DNA of 64,000 nt from the NCBI RefSeq assembly GCF_963921235.1, contig NC_086097.1:197348001-197412000 (forward strand), given 5' to 3'. Positions within the stretch are counted from its first letter, which is position 1, and each line of letters begins with the position of its first letter. Both the position numbers and the translations under genes were made by a program. The DNA is from Mobula hypostoma (lineage: Eukaryota). Below are positions 40,336 to 53,446 of this stretch, one piece after another. The notes under the pieces were generated by a model. The model made no database searches, was not told where the DNA came from, and saw only the letters and a program-made list of their open reading frames with translations.

Positions 40336-40744
40336 GTAAGGTCAATGTTAAGTAAAGTCACGATGAATCGAAAATTAGTTGGTGATTCAGTTCTTAAAGG
40401 GTTTGGAATATGGGACTAGAATGGATTTTCACATCATTGAGGATCATGTGATGTGATTTGTGTTGCACTTTCTGGTTCCGGGAAAATAATTGATTATTGC
40501 AGGTACACACAATGGAGGCACCTATGGTAGAAATTCTAGAATGGTTAGAGCTTGGATGGAGTCTGCTCATCCAGTTGCATTGATATTTTCTCAAATATTT
40601 CTGCATGGCTATTCTTTTCCCTTAGCCCTGTAATTTTTATTCTCTAATGTACTTATTCAGGTTCATTTTGTGTGCTGCAAAACACTTGTGATGCCGAAAG
40701 CTGAATTAGTATGGTGGTCATGCCAGAAGTATTGGCAGTAGGTA

Positions 40745-41362
40745 CGAGGGGTGATTGATAAGTTCGTGGTCTAAGGTAGAAAGAGTCAATTTTAGAAAAC
40801 CTAGCACATTTATTTTTCAACATAGTCCCCTCCAACATGTACACATTTAGTCCAGTGGTCGTGGAGCATACAGATCCCTTCTTTGTAGAAGTGGTCAACA
40901 GCAGGGATGATTGATAAGTTTGTGGCCTAAGGTAGAAGGAGATGAGTTATTAACTTCAAACTTCCTGCATTATCACGCAAAGAGTTGAACTGCACGTGCA
41001 TTTAACGAGAGCGTCTTGGACCTCCAGGTGGTCCACAGCAGGGGTGATTGATAAGTTTGTGGCCTAAGGTAGTAGGAGATGAGTTATACAGCTCTCGTAA
41101 CATGCACGTGAAGTTCAACTCTTTGAAAATGCAGGAAGTTTGAAGTTTCTCCTCATCTCCTTCTACTTTAGGCCACAAACTTACCAATCACCCCTGCTGT
41201 GGACCACTTCTGGAGGTCCAAGACGCCGACTTCTACAAAGAAGGGATCTGTATGCTCCACGACTGCTGGGCTAAGTGTGTAAGTGTAGGAAAAATAAATG
41301 TGCTAGGTTTTCTAAAATTGACTCCTTCTACCTTAGGTTACGAACTTATCAATCACCCCTCA
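40745..41362. mobile_element. Foldback mariner-derived MITE
   Basis: TA TSD; TIR CGAGGGGTGATTGATAAGTT; both arms carry the transposase C-terminus 'FYKEGICMLHD.W.KCV'. Confidence 0.85.
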
Positions 41363-42088
41363 TAGTAGGGTGACCACAAGTAGAGGTCGAGAGGGGTAGA
41401 TGGAGAGTGCAGGATTTATGCACCAAAGTCCTTATTTACATCAATGCTCCTCAAGGTCGTGTCACTTAATGTATATTTGTCCAGTTTATATTATATCTAC
41501 AATTTTTCCACCCTGATTGCTAGCTGATTGGCATCCTGCAATTTTTAAGTACATTTGTTTATTTACACATTGAAGAACCAATCATTGTCCTTTTTAAGTA
41601 TGGTTATTAGTTTTGGCTTTTCTTGTTAAGTGGCTCCCTGTGGCATTAATGCTTTTATTTTTGTTACCTTTGACAATTTCATGCTCTTTTCCCTCATGGA
41701 CAAAGTGAACATTCTTTTGCAGACTTTTGTTGTTTTTTCCACTGCTTGCTTCACATTACCCATAAGTTTTGTAGGTTCTGCTCAGATTTTTTTCATTGAA
41801 CTAATTAAGTTGAATTGTGAATAGTTTCGAATTAAGTATTGAGCCCTATAATACTTCACAAATAGTATTTCCACTTCAAACTGGTGAAAACATTTTGATG
41901 AAAAGATTAAAGCTTTCTGTTGGGCTACTCTCATCAGTTTTAATGCATTGTTTCTGGTGTTGGGTATTACTGAACTGGATTCCTGGATCTTAAGAATACT
42001 TTAGCCCCTTTCTGATTAGCCAGCTGCTTCCATCTCAGCTTTGAGCTTGAGTATTCTGGGTGAGAAAAATAGTTTTGCAACTTGATCA

Positions 42089-43174
42089 TCTATATACTAC
42101 TAAAACTCTCATGGTCTGTCTGAGCCTCCAATTAGCGCCAATGGTGCATTACAGCGGCACTTCTTTTTGGCTAAATCGAATTAAAATGCGCTAATTTACA
42201 GAATGCAGGCAAAGTTTAGGGTTATATAGTCGTATAAAATTGCTCATTCGCCAAAATAAACAGGCTGGCTTTCACCTGAGACCCAATCGGCCATTATGGA
42301 AATCGGGACACGACAACCCAACGCATGCGCACAGCCAGTCTCAGCAGCGACACCTACCGGAGCAAAAGGGCAGGGCTGCTGTATTTCGAGGGGTCACATT
42401 CTGCTAATCACCATCAGCATGTGCAGGATTAGGACAGATTAAACTGAGACCCATCAATAAGAGATAATTAAATCTTATTGTAATGACGGTCTCCGAGACA
42501 CCCATAAAATCCTTTGCTACAGTCAAAGGACAGTGGTGACTTTATCACGTCCATTTAGGAGAGCGCCAGCCACTTCATCAAGAATAATCAGCATCCTTTG
42601 ATGTTAGTTGTTCGTATCTTCTATCCAGCATTAGGGTAAAAAAAAATGGTCAGCCTAATTATGCCGCGTGGAAAGGGAAGGGGGACATTATGGTCAAGAA
42701 ATGATTCCAAATGTCATCGGGAAGTGGCAAGGAGAGGGCGAGAACAAGAATCGGATGAGGCCAGGGCCGCACGACTCCAGGATCAAAGAGTCAAGACAAA
42801 AAAAGATGAGAGAAGAAGAGACAGAGGAGGAGAGGCATGCATGTCTCCAGGATCAGAGACAATCGTCAAACAGCAGAAGAGCTGAAGAGACGGGGGATGA
42901 AAGGGTTGCATGTCTCCAGAATGACAGCGAGAGGCACAAGGTGGCAGATAAGCCAGAAATGATGCCATCAAAATTGTCCTTCGTGAAATGAGGAACAGCT
43001 ATATTTGCTTTGCTACGCAATGTTCTTCTTTAGTAAACTTGAGATTTCCTACTTCAGTTTCCAAAGCAAAATGATACCAATTGCATTCAGGAAAATTTAA
43101 TGTTTATTCTGGTCACATCAGACTGCACTGCCCATCTCTCAAAGGGTGCCACAACAGGTCACCCCGTTGTCTAG
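42089..43174 (+). mobile_element. Non-autonomous Helitron
   Basis: Inserted between A and T; starts TCTATATAC; ends with a GGGTG...CACCC hairpin followed by CTAG; internal Glu/Arg-rich repeat ORF remnant. Confidence 0.8.
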
Positions 43175-44381
43175 TTGGAATTAATTTTAACTTTGAAGTA
43201 ATCTTGGACATAGTTTCCATTAGCATAATTTTACAAAACATCATATGATTTGGGGTCAAGAAATATTTCCTGGCACTGAGAAGAATCTATAAAATTAATA
43301 TTTGGTGTCAAAGATATGAAAAGACTACAGACTGAATCTGAGCAAGTTTGAATTAAATAATAGTGATGCTGGTGCTAGAAATGACAACATTAGGTCATTG
43401 CCGAAAAAGGACTTAAGGAAAATGCTAACTTGGCTTACATATTTTGGGCGTAAATCATTATAAGTAAATAGTAGAACAAAGAAAATTTTTAAGTTAACAG
43501 TGATTGCAAATACTTTCTGAATAAATATCTAGCATTTGCATCACAGTTGGTGTTGCTCTCTGTGGATCATTCTATTTCAACGATTTGGTGTGAATGAATT
43601 TTTGTTTATAGTAATAGCTATTAGTATTAAACACATTAACCCAAAAATTGATAGATCTCTATAAATGCAATTGAAAATCCTGTCCAAATAATGTCTTGGT
43701 TTTGGTTTAAGGATATGTTATCACTGAATCTTGAGCAGCTCTCAAAACCCAATATACCTGCAACCTTTAAATCATGATTTTGAGGCTAAAGTTTAATTAC
43801 TAAGCAATATGAGACAAGAGATTGTTTGAGTATCTCTTGTTCATTTGAAATCTGTTAGGGGTTACTGATTAGAATAGTTTTAAACCAAAGTTCTTCACTG
43901 TTGTGTCTGTGCACAACTACATGCATATGCAATAAAAGCACACACCCGGAAGATGGCTTTAACTGGCGTATTCACATTACAGCGAGAGAGAGAGAGAGCA
44001 AGAACAATGCATGTGCATGGACACAGCGTATGCACAGACAACTGAACAATACATGGTGCTAAGAAACTGGTTATTGCGCTCAAAGAATAGATCTATACAT
44101 TACACTTCCTCCCTCTTTTAGTTTAATGCAACATAAGCTGTATATGTACAAAGCATTCAATTTCTTTTTCATAAACCCATATTCCAAATAAGCATGCTTT
44201 CACAGTAACAGTCCATAACTAACTTCATAGTTCTCAATGTTCAGTCTTTTGGGTGGTGCTCTGTTTCTTTCAGGATAATGCCTCTGGACCTGTGGAATGG
44301 CATCAGGTTTGGTCGATGTCTTGTGTGAGACAGTGTTCTTGGTTTCCTGTGTCAAGTTGCTGTCAGTGACAACATCACTGA

Positions 44382-45262
44382 GGCTACGTCCAAACTAGAT
44401 AATTTTGAAAACATCAGTTTCGCGTAAAAACGATAGGCGTCCACGCCAGGCGTTTTTGAAAATACCTCCGTCCACATTAAAACGGATATTTGGACGAATC
44501 TCCTCCTACTGGGCATGTGCAGGACACACAGAAAACAAGCAAAGAGGAAGTGGTGTACTTGGTGTGCGTTTGTCCAGTTACAGACTAGAAAAACTTGAAA
44601 GGAAATTGCCAAATGAAAGACTAGGTGCATGTTTGTCCTGAAACATTTCCTACAGCCATAGTCTCTTCACCGATGAAAGAGACGACAGCTACAATGAAAT
44701 GCAATAAGGCTTGTTACTGGGCAAAAGTGAAATTTGCTGTTAACTCATTTGTTTGCCTTTACTTTTGCCACGTCTTTGTGTATTATTTTGCGGTATTTAA
44801 CATGTGCAATAAAACGAGTTACTGGGCAAAAGTGACAATTGCATCTCTTGAATGTTTGCACAAGCAATACGTTAATGAAGCACCTTGTTAAATGTATAAA
44901 ACATGCCTGCATCAGTGTTATCTTGTATTTCCATACAATGTTACATTAGGATGTTACACATCTATTGTCAGATATTGTTGTTGTGGTGTTGGAGGTTGAG
45001 TTCAAGAAAACAATGAAATGCCGCGCTGTCGCCACCATTTGTTCCAGCACCTCATGACTATGACAGCGTTTTTAACATTAGCTGGTTACCCCGTACACAC
45101 TACAACAGCCAACCGGCATTTTCAGATTTAAACACTTTGGAGAGTGTTTTAGAAAAGCTCTGTTTTTGGGGAAGGAAAACGCCATTTCAGTGTGAATGGA
45201 GGGTCAGAATGAAGAGAAGATGCTTTGGTTATGGATTTATCCGGTCTAGTGTGGATGTAGCC
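44382..45262. mobile_element. Harbinger/PIF-like MITE inside the Gypsy element
   Basis: TIRs GGCTACGTCCA(A)ACT / AGTGTGGATGTAGCC with a 3-bp TSD, TGA. Confidence 0.75.
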
Positions 45263-45384
45263 TGAGAGGGAAGTCCGGTGACTGTAATGTGTCCCTCTTG
45301 TTGGATGGATTCGACTCAGGTGTGTTTTTTGGTTGAACATCCAGTATCTGTTCCACATGACATCTCCATGTCTGATCTCCAACA

Positions 45385-45915
45385 TCTGGTCACATCATTA
45401 CAGGAAGAATGTAGATACTATAGAGAGAGTGCAGAGGAGATTTACAAGGATGTTGCCTGGATTGGAGAACATGTCTTATGAGAATAGGTTGAGTGAACTT
45501 AGCCTTTTCTCCTTGGAGCGATGGAGGATGAGAGGTGACCTGATAGAGGTGTATAAGATAATGAGAGGGATTAAGATCATGTGGATAGCCAGATGCTTTT
45601 TCCCAGGGTGAAATAACTAACACGAGGGGGCATATTTTTAAGGTGCGTGGAAGTAGATACAGTGGGGATGTCAGAGGTAAGTTTTTCCACACGGTGGTGA
45701 GTGTGTGGAATGCACTGCCAGCGACGGTGGGAGAGGTAGATGTAATAGTGTCTTCTAAGAGTCTCTTAGATAGGTACATGGAGCTTAGAAAAATAGAGGG
45801 CTGTGTGTTAGGGAAATTTTAGCCAGTTTTTACATTAGGTTACATGGTTGGCACAACATTGTGGACCAAAGGGCCTGTAATGTGCTGTAGACTTCTATGT
45901 TTCTATATGTTTCTA
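45385..45915 (+). mobile_element. CR1 3' fragment inside the Gypsy element
   Basis: 'WSHHYRKNVDTIERVQRRFTRMLPG'; TTCTATGT tail. Confidence 0.85.
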
Positions 45916-47978
45916 TCCACTGTGTACATCAGTGGTCCAGTTCTTGTAGCTATCCTACCAGGTATCCACTTGTCTTCTCAGTAATCATGCGCTAGGACTT
46001 ACTTTCCAATTTTGAAGCTCCTTGCCACTTGACAACTGGCTGAACTGTTTATTCTGCACTTCCCTCCGTAGTTCTGGATTCAGGAGGTCTATGTGAGATC
46101 TCAGATTTCTGTTCATGAGGGGCATTACAGGTGTGTGATTTGTTGTTGCATGAAAAGAGTTCCAATACACATAAAGGTTGTCCACCTTGTGCTATAGAGA
46201 AATGTCCTCCTTGTCCATTGCTTTAATGGACTTCTTGAAGGTTTTGATAAATCTTTCAACTAACCCATTTGTTGCTGGGTGGTGAGGAACTGACTTGAAA
46301 TGTCTGATGCTACTTTTCTTCATGAACAGTTGGAATTCACCTAATGTGTAGGGTTTGTTGTCACTCACAATTTGTTCTGGTAAGCCATTTCTGGTAAAGA
46401 TAGTCCTCAAAGCAGAGACAGTCTTTGCTGAGGTGGTATAACCTCTGGCCACTTCAAAAAAGCATCCAGAGCAATCAGAATCGTGGAGTCCATGAAAGGC
46501 CTATGAAAGTCAATATGTACTATGACGACAGCCACTCACTTGGGTGTAACTGTGCCTGTGAGGGTGCAACTGTGCCTGTGAGAGTGCATTTTGAACTTTT
46601 AGACATCCTGAACAGCTTTTGGCTAAGTTTTCAACTGTTCATTCCCTTCTCAAACACCTGATTGGCATTAAGCAGCTTTGACAGTCTCTGGCTAGTGCTA
46701 TCGTTAGGGCTGGCGTTGCCTGTTGATGTCAGACTGACAGCTTAGATTGATTGCCAATCTAGTTGGATTTTCCTCAACCATTTACATCTGAGAAGTGCTG
46801 GCCCTCCAGTTTTCAATACATAAAGCTCTAACAGTTGTGGTTGGCCTCCATACGTTACATTTACTTCCACTTTGCCTTTGGGAGACACTTTTTTGCCTTG
46901 TAAGTCTTCAGTATCACTGAGGTCTTCTGTAATGGTATCTTAGGAAACCAATCTGCTGTAGTCAGCCTCTGGAATTATGGACAAAGCTGACCCTGTATTC
47001 AGCTCTATTTTCACCTTTACATCATGCACATCTATTGTGATCCCTATCATAGTGCAATCTGCTTTAGTAATATTATGCAGTTGTAGGCATGACAGTTCAC
47101 CTTTGTCAGACTCTGTTGTCTGATTCTATTTTACATTCAATAACTTTTGCTTAGTTTTGTGTTTGAGACTTTTCACTTGGTTGTGCTTTTTGTCTGCCTT
47201 GCACATTCTCTCTTTGTGACTTTGCCTGTGACACTGGAAGGATTTGGCATGTTGATAACATCTTTGGCTTTTTGCACCATTCAATGCCATTTTGTGCATT
47301 TCACATTCTAGCCTCCTTTTCTGTAGTTCTGTTGCATCCTTTGCTGGGTCTCGTAACGATATGGCAATGGTCAATGCCTGTTCTACGGTTAGGTCTCTTT
47401 CTGCCAGTAGCCTCGTTTGAGTGCTTTGACTATGCATGCCACGTACAAGCCTATCCCTTAATGCATCAGAAAGTTCACCTCTAAGGTCACATTACTGGGA
47501 AAGTTTGCGCAGTTCTACAATGTATTCAGAAAAACTTTCATCTTTTGACTAGTTTGTTTTGTAAAACCTAAATCTCTCATCTATTACCAGCTGTTTAGGG
47601 TTCAAGTGATGTTGTAAAATTGTAACAATTTTGTCAAAGTTGCTGGCTTTTCAGGGGTTACTAAATTGCATAAGAGAGTGTACTGTACTTTTAAACTGAG
47701 GAGTGTAGGGGCTTTCGTTTGCTGCTCCATGTTTTTTGCTTTACAAATCAGTTCAATGCTCTCAGTACTGTATACGACTTCCAGTCTTCATTAGCAGTTT
47801 CAAATTCGTCAGCTTTCCCAATTGAAGCCATTGCCATGTTATTTTCACTTTAAATTCAGCGAGTCTCTCACTGTTACTCATGGGTCCTTTTGCTTCCTTG
47901 TGCTGTTTAACTCTCATGGTTTCATCCCGTAACTATCAGTGCAGTTGGTGATACTCTCTGATATTCAGGGTCTTACTT

Positions 47979-50118
47979 CAGAATCGGAATCAGGTTATTA
48001 TCACCAGCAGGTGATGTGAAATTTGCTAACTTAGTAGCAGCAGTTCAATGCAATACATAATATAGAAGAAAAATAAAAATAGTAATAATAAATAAGTAAA
48101 TCAATACAGTATATGTTTATTGAATATATTAAAAATTGTGCAAACAACAGAAATACTATATGTTATAGTGAGGTAGTGTCCAAAGATTCAATGTTCATTT
48201 AGGAATCAGATGGCAAAGGGGAAGAAGCTGTTCCTGAATTGCTGAGTGTGTGCCTTCAGGCTTCTGTACCTTCTACCTGATGGTAATGGTGAGAAAAGGG
48301 CATGCCCTGGGTGCTGGAGGTTCTTAATAATGGACGCTGCCTTTCTGAGACACCGCTCCCTGAAGATGTCCTGAGTACTTTGCAGGCTAGTCCCCAAGAT
48401 GGAGTCGACTAAATTTACAACCCTCTGCAGCTTCTTTCAGTCCTGTGCTGTGCCCCCCGCCCCCATACCAGACAGTAATGCAGCCTGTCAGAATGCTCTC
48501 CACGATATAACTATAGAAGTTTTTGAATGTATTTATTGACATATGTCACGTGACTGGCAACAATGACTGTATCAATTGAATCAGGTTTTACAAAGACAAT
48601 CAAACATTTATTAAGCTCTGATCAACAATAGTGAAAAAATATTCAAACGACTAATTTAACCGGAAGTTAACTGCTATACGACAACTCTGGAACAGTTCTT
48701 AAAAGGGTAAATGCGAAAACAGTTCTTAAAGTGGTAAATTCGAACACAGTTCTTAGAATGGTAAATTTGAAAGTCCAAGAGATTTATACAGTCAATTAGG
48801 AGAGGCTTTACTGAAGTAAAGAATTCCTCGAAGACGTGATGTTACTGCTGATCCCAGCCGGAATCTGTCTTGTCCACAGGATTCACGACGACGGAAATAA
48901 AACAGTTTAAAGGAACTGACCTTTTCCTCTGGAGAATAGACACTGCACCATCCTTCCTGCTTTAGCAGAGGATATCTCAGATGCAGGTCACTATTTCTTG
49001 AATGAAGATTCAATAAAGGTCGATCCTGTCCAATACTGCCGAATGACATCAGTTTTACTCGACTCTGCGAGTTCCTGTACTTTGGTGAGGTCTTCATTCT
49101 CCAACACTACTTACAATAAAAAGTAGAACTCCACTTTAAAATGAAACTGCGTCATAAGACGAATACGCAGCATAATGTAGTATCTGACGAATTAAATAAC
49201 AAACTAAACTTAAATCTCAACTGGAAAAACCAACTGCGTCACACCAGGGGTCTCCCTTTATATACCTGGTGAGGACATGTCATTAACTGACCTCACATCG
49301 GTGAGAAAATTACATCATGTGACCTCCACAGGAACATTATATCATGCTCATCAGATACTCAATTACATCATGGTCATAAGACAGTCACAAGATACCCATG
49401 AGGTATGTAACACATAACAAATCCCTTCAAACTCCTAATGAAATATAGCCACTGTCTTGCCTTCTTTATAACCGCATTGATATGTTGGGACCAGGTTAGA
49501 TCCTCAGAGATCTAGAGACCCAGGAACTAGAAACTGTTCACTCTCTCTACTTCTGATCCCTCTGAAAATTGGTATGTGATTTTTCGTCATACCCTTCTGG
49601 AAGTCCACAATCAGCTCTTTTGTCTTAATGACGTTGAGTGCCAGGTTGTTGCTGCGACACCACTCCACTAGTTGGCATATCTCACTCCTGTGTGCCCTCT
49701 CGTCACCACCTGAGATTGTACCAACAATGGTTGTATCGTCAGCAAATTTATAGATGGTATTTGAGCTATGCCTAGCTGCACAGTCATGGGTATATAGAGA
49801 GAGCAGAGCAGTGGGCTAAGCACACACCCCTGCGGTGTACCAGTGTTGATCATTAGCGAGGAGGAGGTGTTTTCCACCAATCTGCACAGATTGCGATTTA
49901 TCGGTTGGGAAGTGGAGGATCCAATTGCAGAGGGAGGGTCAGAGGCCCAGGTTCTGCAAATTCTCAATAGGATTGTGGGAATGATGGTAATAAATGCTGA
50001 GCTATAGCTGATGAACAGCATCCTGACATAGGTGTTTGTATTGTCCAGTGGTCTAAAGCTGTGTGAAAAGCCGTTGAGATTACATCTGCTGTTGACCTAT
50101 TGTGGTGATAGGCAAATG
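47979..50118 (-). mobile_element. L2/Rex-type LINE inserted beside the Gypsy PBS
   Basis: 'TGTPQGCVLSPLL', 'RNSFFP'; (ATTCTG)n tail; possible TSD TACTT (47974-47978 and 50119-50123). Confidence 0.75.
48544..49412 (-). mobile_element. Solo LTR, 869 bp
   Basis: TGTCAC...GTAACA termini, 4-bp TSD CATA, minus-strand TATA-like (~49257) and AATAAA (~48607) signals. Confidence 0.75.
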
Positions 50119-50742
50119 TACTTGTCACCAACTTGTGTCTGTGCACAACTACATATACAGTGCCTATGAAAAGTATTTGCCGCCCTTGGAAATATTCATG
50201 TTTTATTGTTTTACAACATTGGATCACAGTAGATTTAATTTGGCTTTTTTTTGACATTGATCTACAGAAAAAAATTTGTTTGTGTCAAAGTGAAAACAGA
50301 TCTCTACAAGGTGATCTAAATTAATAACAAATATAAAACACAAAATAATTGATAGCAGAAGTATTCACCCCCTTTAATATGACACACCAAATCATCATTG
50401 GTGCAGCCACACAATTATTTAAATGGAGATGACCGTGTGTATTCAAGGTGTTTCAGTTGATTGTAGTAAAAATACACCAGTTTTTGGAAGGTCCAGCTGC
50501 TGGTGAGTCAGTATCCTGGTAAAAACTACACCATGAAGACAGCAGAACATTCCAAGCAATTCTGTGGAAAGGTTATTGAAAAGCACAAGTCAGGAGATGG
50601 ATACAAGAAAATTTCCAAGTGGGGGACGCCACGTGATGACGTGGGATTGAGACGTGTAAATCCAGCTCTCCCGTAAAAAATCAGCAAAGTACCGTTTAAA
50701 CAAAGCAAAGTTAATAAATACTTTCCGAAAACTACTTATAAG

Positions 50743-52269
50743 GTATTCCCTCAGACCTTGAAGGAGATGAGTGTTGAAATTGCAGGGGCCCTGGCAGAAA
50801 TATTTAAAATGTCGCTGTCTACAGGTGAGGTGCCGGAGGATTGGAGAGTGGCTCATGTTGTTCTGTTGTTTAAAAAAGGTTCGAAAAGTAATCCGGGAAA
50901 TTATAGGCCAGTAAGTTTAACGTCGGTAGTAGGTAAGTTATTGGAGGGAGTACTAAGAGACAGAATCGACAAGCATTTGGATAGACAGGGACTTATTAGG
51001 GAGAGTCAACATGGCTTTGTGCGTGGTAGGTCATGTTTGACCAATCTATTGGAGTTTTTTGAGGAGGTTACCAGGAAGGCAGTGGATATTGTCTACATGG
51101 ACTTCAGTAAGGCCTTTGACAAGGTCCCGCATGGGAGGTTAGTTAGGTAAATTCAGTCGCCAGGTATACATGGAGAGGTGGTAAATTGGATTAGACATTG
51201 GCTCAATGGAAGAAGCCAAAGAGTGGTAGTAGAGAATTGCTTCTCCGAGTGGAGGCCTGTGACTAGTGGTGTGCAACAGGGATTAGTGCTGGGTCCATTG
51301 TTATTTGTCATCTATATCAATGATCTAGATGATAATGTGGTAAATTGGATCAGCAAATTTGCTGATGATACAAAGATTGGAGGTGTAGTAGACAGTGAGG
51401 AAGGTTCTCAGAGCCTGCAGAGGGACTTGGACCAGCTGGAAAAATGGGCTGAAAAATGGCAGATGGAGTTGAATACAGGCAAGTGTGAGGTATTGCATGT
51501 TGGAAGGACAAACCAAAGTAGAACATACAGGGTTAATGGTAAGGCACTGAGGAGTGCAGTGGAATAGAGGGATCTGGGAATACAGATACAAAATTCCCTA
51601 AAAGTAGCATCACAGGTAGCTAGGGTTGTAAAGAGAACTTTTGGTACATTGGCCTTTATTAATCGAAGTATTGAGTATAAGAGCTGGAATGTTATGATGA
51701 GGTTGTATAAGGCATTGGTGAGGCCGAATCTGGAGTATTGTGTTCAGTTTTGGTCACCAATTTACAGGAAGGATATTAATAAGGTTGAAAGAGTGCAGAG
51801 AAGGTTTACAAGGATGTTGCCGGGACTTGAGAAACTCAGTTACAGAGAAAGGTTGAAGAGGTTAGGACTTTATTCCCTGGAGCTTAGAAGAATGAGGGGA
51901 GATTTGATAGAGGTATATAAAATTATGATGGGTATAGATAGAGTGAATTCAAGCAGGCTTTTTCCACTGAGGCAAGGGGAGAAAAAAACCAGAGGACATG
52001 GGTTAAGGGTGAGGGGAGAAAAGTTTAAAGGGAACATTAGGGGGGGCTTCTTCACATAGAGAGTGGTGGAAGTATGGAATGAGCTGCCAGACGAGGTGGT
52101 AAATGCGGGTTCTTTTATAACATTTAAGAATAAATTGGACAGATAATGGATGGGAGGTGTATGGAGGAATATGGTCTGTGTGCAGGTCGGTGGGACTAGG
52201 CAGAAAATGGTTTGGCACAGCCAAGAAGGGCCAAAAGGCCTGTTTCTGTGCTGTAGTTTCTATGGTTTC
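50743..52269 (+). mobile_element. 5'-truncated CR1 inside the L1 5' UTR
   Basis: TSD TATAAG (50737-50742 and 52270-52275); RT motifs; TTTCTATGG tail. Confidence 0.9.
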
Positions 52270-52297
52270 TATAAGCTTCTCAAGACTATTTTACGAT

Positions 52298-53446
52298 ATG
52301 CCTCGTAAACCGCAACAGAAGAAATCTGTTGTTGCGAAGTCGCCGCGAGATGGGAAGAAAAGTGGGCCTACTGCAGCGATGGAGCCTGGGATTCAGGTTG
52401 GATCTCCTTCGGAGGAGATGCATTTTATCTCTGGCGTAGAAGAACAGGGAACAATGGCGGCGGTAGCGGTCCCTGGGAAGAAGATGCCGGAATTGTGCAT
52501 GCGCAATGAAGTTGGCACGCGCAAATCGATACAACTCAAACTACAAGAACCGACGTCCACTGCAAGTGAAAGTGACTCAGAGTCAGAATTGGATTCTGCA
52601 GAGAATACAGATGAAGAAGAGGAGGAGGAACTGGAAGAGACTGGAAGTAAAGGATGCGATGGAGACATAAGAGAGGCTTTATTGCAAGTAATGGCTGAAC
52701 TAAGAAAATTAAGAACAGAGGTTAGAGACATGAAGATGTGCTATGATAAAGCTATGAAAAGACAGGACAAAATGGATAAGAAATTTCAAAAGTTGGAAAG
52801 AACAATGGAGCATATTAACGATAGAGTGGAAAAAACAGAAAATGATATGCTTGTCTGGAAAACGGAAAGAAGTCGACAGTTGGAGAAAGTGGACGTGTTG
52901 GAAAATTTTAGTAGACGAAATAATATTAAGATTGTTGGTCTTAAAGAAGGTATAGAGGGAGACAATCCAATACAATTTTTTCAAGGATGGATCCTGGAAA
53001 CTTTACAAATGAAAGAGGAAGACCGATCAATTGAAATTGAGCAGGCACATAGAGCTCCAAGACCAAAACCACAAGATGACCAATATCCACGATCAATTTT
53101 AATAAAATTCTTAAGATTTCAAGACAAAGAAAGGATTCTACAGGTGGCTGCCCAAGCTACCAAGAATAGAAAAGGGCCATTGATGATAGAAGGGAAGAAA
53201 GTTTTTTTCTACCCTGACATAAGTAATGAGCTTTTGAAGAGAAGGAAGAAATTTAATCCAGTGAAAAATGTCCTATGGGATCACGGTTATCAATTTATAT
53301 TGCTTTATCCTGCAACCTTGAAGATTTTTTTGGCTGGCGGAGAAAAAAGATTTTTTGACGATTACCGGAAAGCGGAGGAGCTTGTGCGAGATTCTTTGAA
53401 TATTCACCAGATACAAGAACAAACCCAGGGGAGCGAGAAGGATTGA
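52298..53446 (+). CDS. L1 ORF1p (coiled coil, RRM, CTD), open frame of 382 aa
   Basis: 'LENFSRRNNIKIVGLKEG', 'AHR', 'FYPDIS', 'YPATL' are typical of L1 ORF1p. Confidence 0.85.
   Translation: MPRKPQQKKSVVAKSPRDGKKSGPTAAMEPGIQVGSPSEEMHFISGVEEQGTMAAVAVPGKKMPELCMRNEVGTRKSIQLKLQEPTSTASESDSESELDSAENTDEEEEEELEETGSKGCDGDIREALLQVMAELRKLRTEVRDMKMCYDKAMKRQDKMDKKFQKLERTMEHINDRVEKTENDMLVWKTERSRQLEKVDVLENFSRRNNIKIVGLKEGIEGDNPIQFFQGWILETLQMKEEDRSIEIEQAHRAPRPKPQDDQYPRSILIKFLRFQDKERILQVAAQATKNRKGPLMIEGKKVFFYPDISNELLKRRKKFNPVKNVLWDHGYQFILLYPATLKIFLAGGEKRFFDDYRKAEELVRDSLNIHQIQEQTQGSEKD

Noticed and set aside
40745..41362. CRISPR-like array of ~37-bp repeats
   Set aside because: Copies lie in both orientations, are mariner TIRs with a TA TSD, and there are no cas genes in this vertebrate context.
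52157..52297. N-terminal extension of L1 ORF1 shown in the ORF track
   Set aside because: It derives mostly from the inserted CR1 3' UTR; the likely true start is the ATG at 52298.
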